From assembly GCF_009914755.1 (NCBI RefSeq), contig NC_060934.1: a stretch of DNA of 64,000 bases; one strand, given 5' to 3'. Every line of letters starts with the position of its first letter. The first letter of the stretch is position 1. Source of the stretch: the human T2T-CHM13v2.0 reference genome, Homo sapiens. Below the pieces are notes generated by a model, which was not told the origin of the DNA, did no database searches, and saw nothing but the letters and a program-made list of their open reading frames with translations. This document shows positions 36,495-52,030 of this stretch, in pieces. Position numbers and translations under genes: made by a program.

Positions 36495-39344
36495 GATGGT
36501 TTATAATATGCAAATCAATAAATGTGGTACGTTAACACAATCAGGTACAAAAAACATATGACCATTACAATAGATGCAGAAATAGCATTTCATAAATTCA
36601 ACATCCCATCATGATAAAAACTTTCAATCAATTAGGTATAGCAGGAATATAACTCAACCTAATAAAGACATGCAAATGGCCAGTAGATATTTGACAAATA
36701 ATGATTAGCATCACCAATCATCATGGAAATACAAATCAAGACCACAGCGAGATATTACCTCATACCTGTTAGAATGGCTATTATCAAAAAGACAAAAAAT
36801 AACAAATGCTGGTGAGGATGAAGAAAAAGGGGAACACTCATACACTGTTAGTGGGAATGTAAATTAGTACAGACATGGAAAACAGTATGAAGGTTTCTCA
36901 AAAAATTAAAAATAAAATTATTAAATGATTTAGCAGTCTCACTGTGAGGTATATATTCAGAGAAATAAAATGAGAAGTCAATGAGATATCTGCATTTCTA
37001 TGTTGTTTATTGCAGCACTGTTCACATTATGTAAGTGATAAAATTGACCTAAATATCCATCAATGGACAAATAGATCAAGAAAACATGATAAACATACAC
37101 AGTGGAATACTATACAGCTACAAAAAGAATGACCTTCTGTCATTTGTGACAACGTGGATAAACCTGCAGGACATTCTGTTAAGTGAAATCAACCAGGTAC
37201 AGAAAAACAAATATTGCATGAGCTCACTCATATGTGGAATCTAAAGTAATTTTACTCATTGACCAACCTCTTTCCATCCCCCATCCCCTTTTCTCTCCTC
37301 AACCTCTGGTAACTGCTGTTCTACTCTTTATTTCTATGAGACCACAGTTACAGTTAGATAGGAAGAATAAATTCTGGTGTTCTATTACATAGCAGAGTGA
37401 CTACAGCTAAAAATAGTGTATTATATATTTCAATATAGCTAGAGAAGAAGATCTTGAATGTTATCACCACAAAGAAATGATAATGCTGTGGTAATGGGTA
37501 TGTTAATTATCCTGATATGATCATTAAACAATGCATATATCTATTGAAACATCACAGTATACCCCCAAACATGTACAATTATTGTGTCAATTATAAACAA
37601 AAATAAGAAAGAAAATTCAGAAGGAGGGATTTTTTTTTAATCTTGTCCTTTTTTGTTCACACTCCAGGAAGATCCTTATGTTTCACCATTTACTTCTATT
37701 TCAACAGTTGAGTGTGATATAATTAATTAGATTAGAAAGTAGGGCAGGATATACATGTCAAGCACATTGAAGTAATTTGCCATGATTATCTCTTTAATAT
37801 TTTCATGTAAAATCAAAGCTGACTGTTATATTCAAGATCTATGTGAAAGATATACACCTTCTAGTCTATAGTTTTGAACTTTTTTGATTGTGGTTTACTA
37901 ACATTAATTTCAATATATGTGTTACTGCCTCACATATGTGCTTTTTATATCTAGAAAATATAAGGGCTCCTGAAATTTAAAAATAGTATGAAATTAGTAC
38001 CTTATAGTAAAAATCTCTAGCTTGACCAACTATGAGGATTTAAAAGGTGGCATGAGGATACGTGGTTTTATTCTAACATGTTTTAAAATATATGTAGACT
38101 GATAAACTTTTAAATAAATAAAATGGCTGGTAATAGCTATTTTGAACATCACATAAACAAATGTGTAAATGTCCAGTGGTAAAATGATGAAGGCAGTAGG
38201 CATAATGCAAAATATACGCTAAAGTGTTAAACCAGTAACTCAACTCCAGCATGGTTTTGCCATTCAGGCTAAAGGAAACACAAGAATTCCTGCCTTGCCC
38301 CCCACGTAGTTTTTCTAAAGAAATGCAAAATTCAGATTCTTATTTGAAATATTCTGATTTCTATATGTCTCTCAAAGAACAGTTGATATTTAATGACTAG
38401 TGTTTCTAGGTATGTAAGCTTTATATTCTACTATTTTGTTGCATTCTCATACCACTTTAATAAGTCAGGCAAAGGAAGCAACTGAAGGCTCAATAAAGGA
38501 CGGTAGATCAACAGTAATGATTGATACCTAAATTCTGATAACAATTGTCCCACTTGATTCATGAATTTATTATCACTGAATAAAGAGTCCTTCTGATTTT
38601 CTCTACTTTGTCTGAAAAATTCAGCAGGGATTTTTGCTGTTGTTTATTTCCCTTCTCAACAGGTGTTTTGCCTTCATGCTCAATAGCTATTTCAATTAAA
38701 CTGTCAGAATATGTTTCACACTTCCCAAAACCTGGCATCTTACAGCAAAGTGTGTGCAACCTTTTATTAGGAAGTTTGGAGAGCTTGTAATGGATATACA
38801 AATGATTTTTCCATAAAGACTTTCTGACTTCAGAATGAACAGCACTAGGTAAATCCTTATGTAGTTTATTGTTATAAGAAAAATCAAAGATTTGGTTTAA
38901 TTATACATAGATTTGAAATTCAGTTGCAATGGGGACTGAAAGTAAAGGATATTAAGTTTTGCTCTGTAAGCTCTTCCAGGAATGAATTGCATTGGCCTCT
39001 TGAAGTGGCTCATAGTCATCACTTTCAAAGGCATTTAATAGTTGTAGTAGATCTAAATCATAACTTATATGTACATTGATACTTGCTAGCTGTATTAAGG
39101 CCTGAGTCAGCAGTGGCCACGGCTGAGCAAGATCAGTTATTTGGTGGCTTTCACCCAACTGGAAAAGGGTTGCAGCTTTCACTGTGACTATGATAAATCA
39201 CTCTCTTTTTTGGCCTGATACAGGAGATTTTTGAACTCGATCCATTGTGGTGTTTTTTGATGTCATTTTAGGTGAACTCCTGAGAAATTTGGTGTAAAAT
39301 AGAAATTTAAATCTGGATTTTATCACTAAAAATAATTGTAGGAT

Positions 39345-39520
39345 TTTGATATTGAAAGTAATCAAGAGATAATAAAGTCCAATTCCTCATTTTAAAGATA
39401 GGACAAATAGGAATGGGCAAGGTGACTGCTCCAGGTCATATAGCTTTTTAGTAGCCAAGCTGAAACAGGAACATAGGGAACCAGTTTATAAGGCCAATGT
39501 TTGAGCACCTGTACTATGCT
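39345..39520 (-). mobile_element. MIR relic
   Basis: AGTCCAATTCCTCATTTTAAAGATAGG...GTGACTGCTCCAGGTCATATAGCT. Confidence 0.65.
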
Positions 39521-39949
39521 ACTAAGTACTAGCATTTAATATTTAGCCATGCCAATGTAAAAAGAAAGAACAGGAGAGGTGGAAAGTCAAATGTGGAGAA
39601 ACAACACTGATCGTCTTTGTTAGTTTAAATTTTTCTTTACAAGGTGTCTCAGTAAGGCAATTTTATGTCTCTCTTTTGCTAAAAAGCATCTGAAAATAAT
39701 CAACAATTTCACAAAAGGGACAAAATCATACAGTTTAGAAATAATTACAATAACTGTCCATAAGCAAGGATTCCTTCCTAAAAGATACTTGCTTTACTTA
39801 ATCTTTGACCATCTTCTGCATTCACACTACTTTCCTAAGTGCAGTATAAATGGCTCCCAAAGTATGGAATTTAGAGTTAATGAGGAAATGATATAGGTTC
39901 AATATCATTATACTATCAAATATTGTTTAGGCTTAGTAAACAACAGGTG

Positions 39950-40870
39950 ATATTGCTACTGATTAATACATTCAGAACAGGTTCATGGAAATGGTGACAT
40001 TGTATTTGTCCTTAAATGGTAATAAATTTTTCAACAAGTGGAAGTGAGAGAACAACTGTAAGTGTATATTTCAGGCAGAGTGAGTGACAAAGGCATTGAG
40101 ATAGAGTGGTAGAGGAACAAAAGGAACACAGCAGAGGTAGAATTTGGTTCAAGGGTATTGTGTTTCTAAGGCCAACAATAGAAGATAATTTTGGTAAATA
40201 AAAGATCTCTAGTAACATACAATGGTACCAGGGCATTATAATATAGGAAAATGTTTAAACAGAGAAGTGATATGTTCAAAACTGTTTTAGAAAGATAATG
40301 CTAGCAATAGGTTTAAGATGGATTGCACAGTGATGATACTTAAAGGAAAGAAGGATTCTGAGACTTGGATTTGGATGGAGCAGTGGAAATGGCTGATAAA
40401 GAAGCCTGTGACTTTCTTCAGAGAAAACCAGCATATCTTTATAACTGATTCAATGGGGAAAGTGAACAATATAAAGAAAAGAGTAACATTAAACATGAAT
40501 TTGAAATTTCAGGCCTTTGGAGAATATGGATATAATGAACAAAGATTAGGAAATAAGTAAGTGGAAAAAATTTGGAAAGAAAGATGAATCTTCTAAGAAG
40601 ATGCTAATCTTACTAGGTGAATTTTATTGATGGCATTAGATATATAAGTATGGGGGGCATCCTAAAAATGTGATATGAGAAACATTGAGGGATATGATAA
40701 TTAGAAAAATGAATGAGCATTTCAAGAATGTCCCTATTGCCACAGAAGGTTGAAAAGATGATCCAGTGAAGAAACAAGAGAAGATGTAGCCAGGAAATAT
40801 CTGAAGCAAACTGGTGGATTCTGAATGATTAAAAATAATAATAACCAAAGAGAAAAGAAGTAGTGGATGA
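39950..40870 (-). mobile_element. L2 relic
   Basis: TTTCAGGCAGAG...GACAAAGGCATTGAG...TTTAAACAGAGAAGTGATATG...TTTTAGAAAGATAATGCTAGC. Confidence 0.6.
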
Positions 40871-41926
40871 GGTTGGCAGAGATGAGGAACTGCCATTTCT
40901 CCAAAGCTCTGAACCAAAAGCAAAGACTCATTTGAATGTTTTACCAAGCTTGAGTACTTTACAAAACTTGAAAGTGTGCAAGAGCAAAGAGGTATCATTT
41001 AGCACACTATAAATAGCATCTTCTTTAAAAATGTTGTACACATTTCTCATATTTGAAAGTAAATAACCTGAGATTTAAAACATCTGTCAAACAATCTGTG
41101 AATGTTATGTGCCATTTTAATACATTTTGACATTATTTCATGTTGAAACATACTTTCTCTGATTGTATTGACTGGATTATATAGAACCTCTTTGACTGAC
41201 TTAGTCTATAACTTGCCCAGATAAAATGTACATTGCAAGTAAATAAAATATGGGTGATATGGGAATGAAATTTCAAGGCAAGTTTCGTGTATAATCTGTA
41301 GCTCCTCTCAAACTATATTACCACTCCTAAGACATCCTTTATCTGATACGAATGCCTAATAAGGAGCAACATTTCTTTTTATGCTATAATTACATTGTAC
41401 TAATTCTTTTTCTAAAATGGAAATGCATACCATCAAAGAATAAAACAAAATGTTAAGAATTTCACACATTTATATTTGATAAAATGACACTTTGTATTCA
41501 AATGACACATTCATTTTTTCCCTACTACTTGAATGAATAAAAACATCCTTTATTGTTCATAAGCATTACATAACGTAATTTTCCAAAATAATAATTATGT
41601 ACTTTCCAGCAAGTACAAAATCTTTTTAAAATAAACTTTATTTGGGGAAGAGATAATTTAACATATCAATTTCTTCAATTTATAAAAGTGATAATTTCAC
41701 TCCAATATTTGAAGAATAAACGTATATTTGAAGAAGTACATTTGTAGAATAAAAAGCAACTCTGATTTGATGAGCAATAATAAAATTATTCTATCATCTT
41801 TAATATTTAGCCATCAAAAACGAGAAAATTACAGAATATAAAATCCGTGTCCCAAGTCAAAAGTAATTAAATTTACTTGTGTTTTAGAGTAAAAGATTAT
41901 TAAAGGAAGAAACTATTGCTTATTAT

Positions 41927-41975
41927 ACACACACCACACAGACACACACACACACACACACACACATACATATAT
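41927..41975. repeat. Imperfect (CA)n microsatellite
   Basis: ACACACACCACACAGACACACACA...CATACATATATA. Confidence 0.9.
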
Positions 41976-42641
41976 ACCCCTCTACCTTTGTATCATATGC
42001 ATTAGAGAAATTTTTAGATTTCCTTAAAAGGAAAGGTATGGACTGCCATTTCTCACAACATAGTGAAATGAAAATTTTGTGAAACTTCTAGATCATATTC
42101 ATAACTGTTGGCATATATGTATTTAAAGTTGATATGATGCAAAATTAATATAATTTTACGGAGACAATTTTTAAAATTGTGAACTTATAAAGATAAAGTA
42201 GTTCTAAAAATAGCATTTATATTGTATAGATCTACTGATCCCTGGCTGTCTGGAGGCTGGGATTTACCAAAGGGTCAACATAAAAGACTCAGATAACAAA
42301 GCCAAATTTGTAAGCAGAATTAAAGTTTGGATTGAGATGTCTAAATGGAGCTAAGACTTCAAAATTACAAAATCCTCAGTGAGTGGAGCTAAGTAGTAAC
42401 TGGGGATACATGCATGCTCCAATTTTGACTTTGGGAGAATTAAAAAAAAATCATGAAACTTTTCAACCACAAATTTACATTTTAGATTCGGGGTTAACAA
42501 CCACCTGGATTTATGACCTGAAACTTCAAGGAGAAACATAATTTAGAATAAGTTTTTGGTTGATAGTACCTTCAAGTCTATTGCAGACAAAGGCAAATAC
42601 ACTGTGGAAGAAAAGTTTAATCCAAAACTCAATATTTTCTT

Positions 42642-42954
<313 letters not shown>

Positions 42955-44126
42955 AATATTTCCTTTAGTAGTAGAGCTTTAGGGTAAGTCTTTTAAAAGT
43001 TTATTGTGAGTAAAAAGCCTAATGAGATTTTTTACTAGCATTATATTGAATGTGACAATATAAAATCTTAGAATCTATTAAAATGCTGTACTTCTCCATA
43101 CAGTATTTAGGCTTTTTTTAATTGGTGTGTTCTAGTTTTCAGTGTATATATCATGAAAACTTTTATTTATATCTAAGTATTTTAGTTTTAGGAGATTTTA
43201 TATATGCTATTAATTTTATAATTTGAAATAATTTGCTTCATTGCTAGTGTATAAAAATATAATTATTTTTTGTATATTACCTTGCACTCTGCAGCCTTGG
43301 AAAACTCATGTATAACTTCTGAGAAGTTTTTATGAGTTGTTTGGGTTTTCTATGCATATAATAATATCACCTGTGAGTTGAAACCATTATTTCTTCCTTT
43401 GATTCATTTTCTTTTTCTTGTGTTATTACACTGGTTAAAACTTAAAATACAATGCTGAATATGAACTTTGTTCCCAGTCTTAGAGAATAAGCAAGCATTC
43501 AGTCTTTTACTATTAAGTAACATCACAGCTAAAGGCATTTTATTGATACCCTCTATTAGATAAAAAGAAGTTCCACTGTATTCCTAGTTTGCTGAGAATT
43601 TTTACCATGAATTAACGTTAAAGTTTGTCAAATGCTTCCACATCTTTTGAGATTGACATATCATTTTTGGATGATAAGTTGAATTACATTCATGGGGAAA
43701 ACTGTTGTTCAAAATTATTTTTATATGTTGATAGAATAAATGTATTAGCATTTTGCTAAAGATTTTTGAGTTTATGTTCATAAATATTATTGCTCTATAG
43801 TTTTCTAGTATTGTAATTTCTGTGTTGATTTTGATATTTATGTAATGCTAGCCTTATAAAGTTTATTTGGAAGTATTGTTTCATTTTTTCTGAAAGTTGC
43901 TGTTTGTAACTGTGCTGTAATTCTCCCTAAAGTGTTTGAAATTTTTCACCATTGAAGATTTCTTTGATTGAAATATTTTTACTACAAATCCAATTTTTAG
44001 TAGATACAGGACTATTCAGCTTGTCTGTTGTCTAAGTGAGTTTTCATAATTTGTGCTTTTTTGGAATTAGTTCACTTCAACTATTTGTGGAATTTATACG
44101 CATAGAGCTTTTTGAAGAGTTCTTTA

Positions 44127-44591
44127 TATGACAGGCAGAATAATGTCTACCCCCTGAAGATTTCCACATCTTAATTTCCAGAACCTGTGAATATGCAACC
44201 TTATATGGCAAAATTGACCATACCAATGTAATTTAACTAAGAATTTTGAGATGAGATGGTTATCCTGAATTATCCAGGGGAACCCAACTTAATCATAAGG
44301 GTTGTCATAAGAGAAAGAAGGTAGTAGAGTCAGAATCAGGGAACATGATGTGGTAACAGAAATAAAAGATAAGGCAATATAAAAATGGAAGCAGGGGTCA
44401 AAAGAATGCAGGCAGCCACTAGAAACTAGAAAAGGCAAGGACACAAATTCTCTGCTAGAGTCCTCAGAAGGAATTCAATCTAGCTGATATCTTGGTTTGA
44501 GGGCTTCTGATCTCTAGAACCATAGGAATCAATATCTACTGCTTTAAGCTAGTAAGTTTGTGGTAATTTATTGCATTAGAAAATTAGCACA
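44127..44591 (+). mobile_element. MLT1C/D-like MaLR solo LTR
   Basis: CAGGCAGAATAATG...CCAGAACCTGTGAATATG...AAAAGGCAAGGA...GTTTGTGGTAATTT; TSD CTTTA/CCTTA. Confidence 0.85.
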
Positions 44592-44810
44592 CCTTAGTAT
44601 ACTTTTAATGGCTGTGTGGCCCATAGTGGTGGCCCCTCTTTATTTTTGATATTGGTTATTGTCTTAACTCCTTGTCTACTTGCTCAGTTTGGCTAGAGTT
44701 TCTTCAGTTTTATAGATGTTTTAACAAAAAACTATCTTTCCATTTCACTGATTTTTTCAATTACTTCTTTGTTCCAATTTAATTATTTTCATCTCAAGTT
44801 TTAATTTCTT

Positions 44811-45122
<312 letters not shown>

Positions 45123-45427
45123 TATTTCTTATTTCTAGTAATTTTGAATTTAATCCTCTATCCTTTCCCTAGTTTCTTAAGGTGAAAATTTTATTTATTG
45201 ATTTGACACAGGTTTTTTTCTGCTATATGCATTTGAGACCAAAAGAAATCTCTAAACAATGCTTTAGAATAATTCTACACATTTGGATCTGTTGCATTTT
45301 CATTTTCATTCACTCCAAAATATTTGCAAATTTATCTTGAGAATTTCGCTTGACTCATGAGTTACTTAGAATACTTTTGCTAGTTTTCAAAAAACTGGAG
45401 ATTTTTCAGTTATCTTCCTATTACTGA

Positions 45428-45731
<304 letters not shown>

Positions 45732-45910
45732 TCTATTACTGTTTTTTAACTTAAACATATTATCATGACAACACATACATTGCATGATTTCTAGTCTTTT
45801 AAATTTTTTAAAGTTTCTCCAAAAATAGTATGTCTTGGTTAATGTTAAATGTATACTTGAGAAGAATGTGTATTTTATTGCACAGTGGTGTGTACTATAA
45901 ATGTCAGTGA

Positions 45911-46259
<349 letters not shown>

Positions 46260-46925
46260 AGACATATCTTAATAAAAATAATAGAAATATGAAATAAAGA
46301 AAATCATCTGAAGGCAGCTAGAGTAAAGTGACACAATGCATGACACATGGTAGAACATATCCATTAGTATAAATGACTACAGGTGTCACATAAGAAAAAC
46401 TAAATGATAGAAAACAGTGAAAAAAGATTTTAAAGGAAAAATGTGAAAATAAAATTCTATAACTAATGAAAATATTCTTTATATGTAAATGCAAAATGAA
46501 GATTTTTTATATGAAGTCAATTGCCAGCAGACTTGCAGCAATTTACAAAAATGCTAAAGGAATTCTTCAGGCTGAAGAGAATTAATACTAGAGGGCCAAT
46601 CAGATATTCAGGAAAGAGCGAGGATCAATAGAAATAGGTGGAAACACATAAAATAGTACATTTTTTTCTCTTAAGTTTTCAAAATTAATATGTATTTTAA
46701 ATGTAGTTAATATTTGCTGGTAAGTTTTTAAAATACAAATACATTGAATGCATATAAGCACTATAACATAATAGTTCATGGGGAAGAAGAACTTATTCAT
46801 TCTTAAGGTTTCTATCTTTTCTGTGAAGCGATACAATATTAATTCTAAATAGTCTGTGAAAAGCTTAATATGAAGATTACAATTTCCAGAGCTACCTCTT
46901 AAAAAAGAAATAATTCAAAGAAAGC

Positions 46926-47238
<313 letters not shown>

Positions 47239-48879
47239 AAGAAAGCCAAAAAGAAAATAGGCAAATTATAAAGGGATAATTAGAAAAATACAAATAAGCC
47301 AAAAGAAGGCAGTAAAAGAGAAACACTGGAGCAACAACAAAACAGATGGAGCAAACAGGAAATAAAGACTAAAATGATGAACTTAAATTGAACCACATCA
47401 ATCTTTACATCAGATGTTAATCATCTAAATACTTCAATTAAAAGCAAGAGATTGGCAGAATAGATTAGAAAGGAAAAAAGCAAGATCTTACTGCATGCTG
47501 CTTACAAGAAACCAATTTTAAATATAAATATGCAGAAAGGTTGAATATAATGGAAGAAAACTGATAAACCCACACAAATTGTGCACATCAGAGGACTGGT
47601 GTATCCATTTAAATAAAGGATTAAGCAGACTCCAATATCATGAGTATTACTAGAGAGATAAATAAAGATCTTTTACAATAAAAAGTAAGACAATTCATCA
47701 GGAAGATATAACAATTATAAATATGTTCCTATAAACAGTCTCAAGATAAAAGAAAATAAAATGGAGATCAAAGTAGGCCAAAAGTAAATAAGATGGGGGA
47801 CTAATTTTAAAAAACATAAATTGATGAAATAATAAAACAGACATGTTTTAGAAGATTAACAGTGCAAAAACTGGTTCTTTGAAAAGATCAGCTAATTACC
47901 AAACTGCTACTTAAATTGATCAAGAAAAATAAGGAGGAAACACAAATAACTCAATATCAGGGATAAAATATTTCAAATATAGGTCTGATAGACATTAAAA
48001 TGATTTTAATAGACTAAACCATATTACATCAATAATTTTTATAAGTTCAATCAAATATGTGTATTTCCTGAAAAATATAACTTACTGAAATTGACATAAG
48101 AAATAAAAATAGATTCTGAAAGTCATTATATCTATGAAGTTAATGGAATTTATCATGAAAAAAAATCACAGATAGGAAAATCCTTCTGGCTTAAAGAAGT
48201 TTACTGATTAATTCTATCAAGTATTGAAGAAACAAAAAATACCAAACTTATACTAACTATTTTAGCAAGTTGTGGAGGAATGGTCACTGTATATTTCATT
48301 TAAGTTGTCCAATTTCTTAACGTGCTTTTTGAGGGCAACATAACCCTAATATGAAAACCTTACAAACATGATGCAAAAGTGAAAAGCACAGATCAATTTC
48401 ACTTATGAATATGAATGAATATATTTACAAAATATTAGCAAATCTAAACTCAATGTATATAAAAAGAATGGTATATCACAACCAAGCAGCAATTATTTAA
48501 AGGACTTAAAGTTTTAAACATTTGAAAACCACACAATGAAGTTTATAATATCAAACAACAAATAATAAAAGTTACATAATAATTACAATAGATTTAGAAA
48601 AAGCAAGATTAGATAATACAAGATTGCTATACAAAAATCAGCTATATTATTTTACATTAGATTCAAAAAATTCGGAAATAAAGAGAGGAAAACACTTTAA
48701 TTTACAGTAAAGCCTAGAAACAACAACAACAAAAACAATTAGAACTAAGTTTAAGAAAAAGCATTAATGAACTTTACACAAATGTTATTAAAGAAATTTT
48801 TTAAAAGACCTAAGCAATTGTGAAGATATACCATATTCATGATTGGAAGACTCAGTATTCCCTTAGGATGTCAATTCTT

Positions 48880-49245
<366 letters not shown>

Positions 49246-49425
49246 TTACTATTTTTTTGGTAGAAATTGCCAAGTATACTCTGAAATGTATGTGAAAATG
49301 CAAAGCACCTAGAAAATAACCAAAGCTGTTCCCAAAATAAAGGAAAAGTTAAGAGAATTTATCCCACCTCACTTGGAGACTTAGTATAAAGATACAGGAA
49401 TCAAGACACTCTGTTATTGGAGAAA

Positions 49426-49442
49426 ATAGATGATAGATGATT

Positions 49443-49493
<51 letters not shown>
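49426..49493. repeat. (GATA)n tetranucleotide STR
   Basis: ATAGATGATAGATGATT followed by 12 perfect GATA units plus GAT. Confidence 0.97.
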
Positions 49494-49769
49494 GTAAAAT
49501 CTACAAATAGGTGCCAAGGCAATGCAATGGGGTAAGAAAGTCTTTTGACAAATGGTATTGAGTTACCTGACTATCCTTGTAGAAATAAGTGAGCACTTAC
49601 TCTAACTTCATGCAATACTCACATCATATAAAACCAAATTAAGTTTAACTTCATCAAAATTTATAATTTGATTTATAGCTGGAAATAAAACCTAAAACTA
49701 TAAAACTATTTTTTGTTACAATTAGTTATTTCTGTAACAAACGGCTGTTATTGTGTTGGTACATTGATC

Positions 49770-50420
49770 ATATATTCTGCAACCTTGCTAACTCTCTTAT
49801 TAGTAAAAATACTGTATCTGTTTATTTTCCTTCATTATCAGCTACAAATATATATCAGCTACAAATGATAATTATATATTTCCCTTCAAAACTCATACTA
49901 TATCTCTCTTTTTAGGCTATTATCTTATTATTGACAAAGCATTCCAATATGGTATTACATAAGAGAGGAACTTTGGTTATAGGTACCTTTTTCCTTATTC
50001 CTAAACAAATGTGTCTCAAGTTATAGCATAAACTGTAATTTTTATTGTAGATTCTAGTAAAAAGCAAAAATAAAAATATTATTTTATGGAAGTTTATTTT
50101 TATTCTATTATTTTCCAATATGTTTAATATAAATATGTATTGAACACTAAGAAATGCCTTTTACATTTATTGAGATAATAATTAGCTTCTTTAGTTTTTT
50201 AATGTAATTAATTATATTAATAGGTTGTATTAAATCATATCTGTGTTCTTTACCTAACACTTATCTGGAATTTTTATTATCTAATACTTATCTAGAATTC
50301 ATTCATTATCTAACGCTTATCTGGAATTTTTTTACATCAATGTTTCTGTATAATATAGGCTTATTTCTTTTCTAGTACTGTACTTATTCATGACTGGTAA
50401 TGAAATTAATACATTTTATA
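49770..50420 (-). mobile_element. Very old L1M ORF2 relic
   Basis: ATATATTCTGCAACCTTGCTAACTCTCTTATTAGT and TTTACATCAATGTTT...ATAGGC resemble antisense L1. Confidence 0.5.
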
Positions 50421-50648
50421 TTTGTATAATTTTAGTTGATACCTTCTCCCTCCACTCTGAATTTTTTTCTTAATGAAGCTGAAGCAAGGGAATGGCATTA
50501 ATTATCTAAGTGCCTAAGTATCTGATGCTAGAGAATGGCATTATCAGATTTGCATTTTTTAAAGGTCGTTTGGATATAAGAGTCGAGAACTAATTTGAGG
50601 GCACTAATATTGTTAGAGTCAGGGAAAGCAATTGAGAGAGTGAATTTT

Positions 50649-51472
50649 TTGTAGTTTTGATTTGTATTTTCCTGATGATTAGTGATGTTGAGCATATTTT
50701 TATATATTTGCTGACTATTTGTAGGTCTTGTTTTGAGAAACATCAGTTCAGATAATTTGCCCATTTTTAAATTAGATTTTTTTTGCCATATAAATGTTTG
50801 ATTCCTTGTATATTCTGAATATTAATCCCCTGTCTGACGAATAGTTGACAAATATTTTCTCCCATTCTGTAGGCTGTCTTTGCTCTCTGTTGATTGTTTA
50901 CTTTGTTGTACAGGAGCTTTTTAGTCTAATATAATTCCATTTGTTTATTTTGCTTTTATTGCCTGCACTTTTAAACTGTTAAATATTTTCAAAGACCAGT
51001 GAAGTATCATCTCATCTGGTTAGGGTGGGTATTATCAAAGAGACAAAAAAAAAAATGCTGGTGAGGATGCAGATAAAATGAAACACTTATACACTCTTGG
51101 TGAGAATGTAAACTTGTACAGCCTCTATGGTGAACAGTATAAAGTTTCTTCAAAAACTACAAGTAGAACTACCATATGATCCAGCAATCCCAATACTGGG
51201 CATTTATTCAAAGTCAAGGATATTGAAGAGACATCTGCACCCTGATGTCTGTTGCAGCACTATTCACAATAGTAAGATTTGGAATCAACCTAGGTTCCCA
51301 ACAACAGATAAATGAATTTTTAAAATGTGGTAATATACACAATGGAATACAATTCAACCATAAAAACAATACAATCCTGTCATTTGTGGCAAAGTAGATG
51401 GAAATGAAGGACATTGTTAAGTGAAAGAAGTCAGGAACAGAAAATTAAACACCATATGTTCTCACTCACATG
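50649..51472 (+). mobile_element. L1MA with 5' inversion (antisense 50649-~50990, sense ~50999-51472)
   Basis: The antisense piece begins at the reverse complement of CAAATCAAAACTACAA, and the sense piece begins GTGAAGTATCATCTCA, the next L1 ORF2 bases. Confidence 0.8.
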
Positions 51473-51473
51473 T

Positions 51474-52030
51474 GTGAGAAACAAAAAGCCCCCAACCAAC
51501 TGAGCATACCTTCTCCTGACCAAGGAGACACCAGAGAAACCTTGAAAACAGAGTTCTCAGGCATGGCAGGATAGGAGATTGGACATGCCTCATTATACTC
51601 CTCTCTCGCTAACTCCCATTAGGCTTTCTTCCCTAAAGGCTAAAAGAAAACCAGCCATTTCAGAGGACTCCACTACCACTCATGTCAACCAGACACTTGA
51701 TGTTGCCCCCTCCTTTTATTTGCAGAATGACCACAGAGTGGGGTTCTGGCCAGTCTATGTGAATGTGCAGTGAGGATTTTTATGTCCTCTGCTTCACCTT
51801 TTTACACTGAAGTGCCAGAAATTTCACACTCAAATCATACTAACACACCATTTCTTTGTCCAGGGACCCATGAAGGGTCATAACACTCAATTCCTCATGC
51901 ACATGTTTCTCCTTTCATAAATATTCATGAGTCCTCCTATAGCTTATTAAATATGTATATTTGACCACCCCATTTAGCATAAATTCCTATTTTCTTTGCC
52001 TCTCTCTTGAAGTGTCTGTTTCTAGACTTC
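51474..52030 (+). mobile_element. MER4-group ERV1 LTR (MER49/MER72-like), 3'-truncated
   Basis: TGAGAAACAAAAAGCCCCCAACCAACTGA...GGACATGCCTCATTATAC...ATTAGGCTTTCTTCCCTAA. Confidence 0.65.

Noticed and set aside
38952-39182. 76-aa ORF in unique DNA that looks protein-like
   Set aside because: Non-ATG start, no recognisable domain, no matching splice frame, and a length expected by chance
50254-50328. Regularly spaced direct repeats as a CRISPR-like array
   Set aside because: Primate DNA, only three units, spacers under 12 bp and similar to each other, no cas genes; it is a tandem duplication
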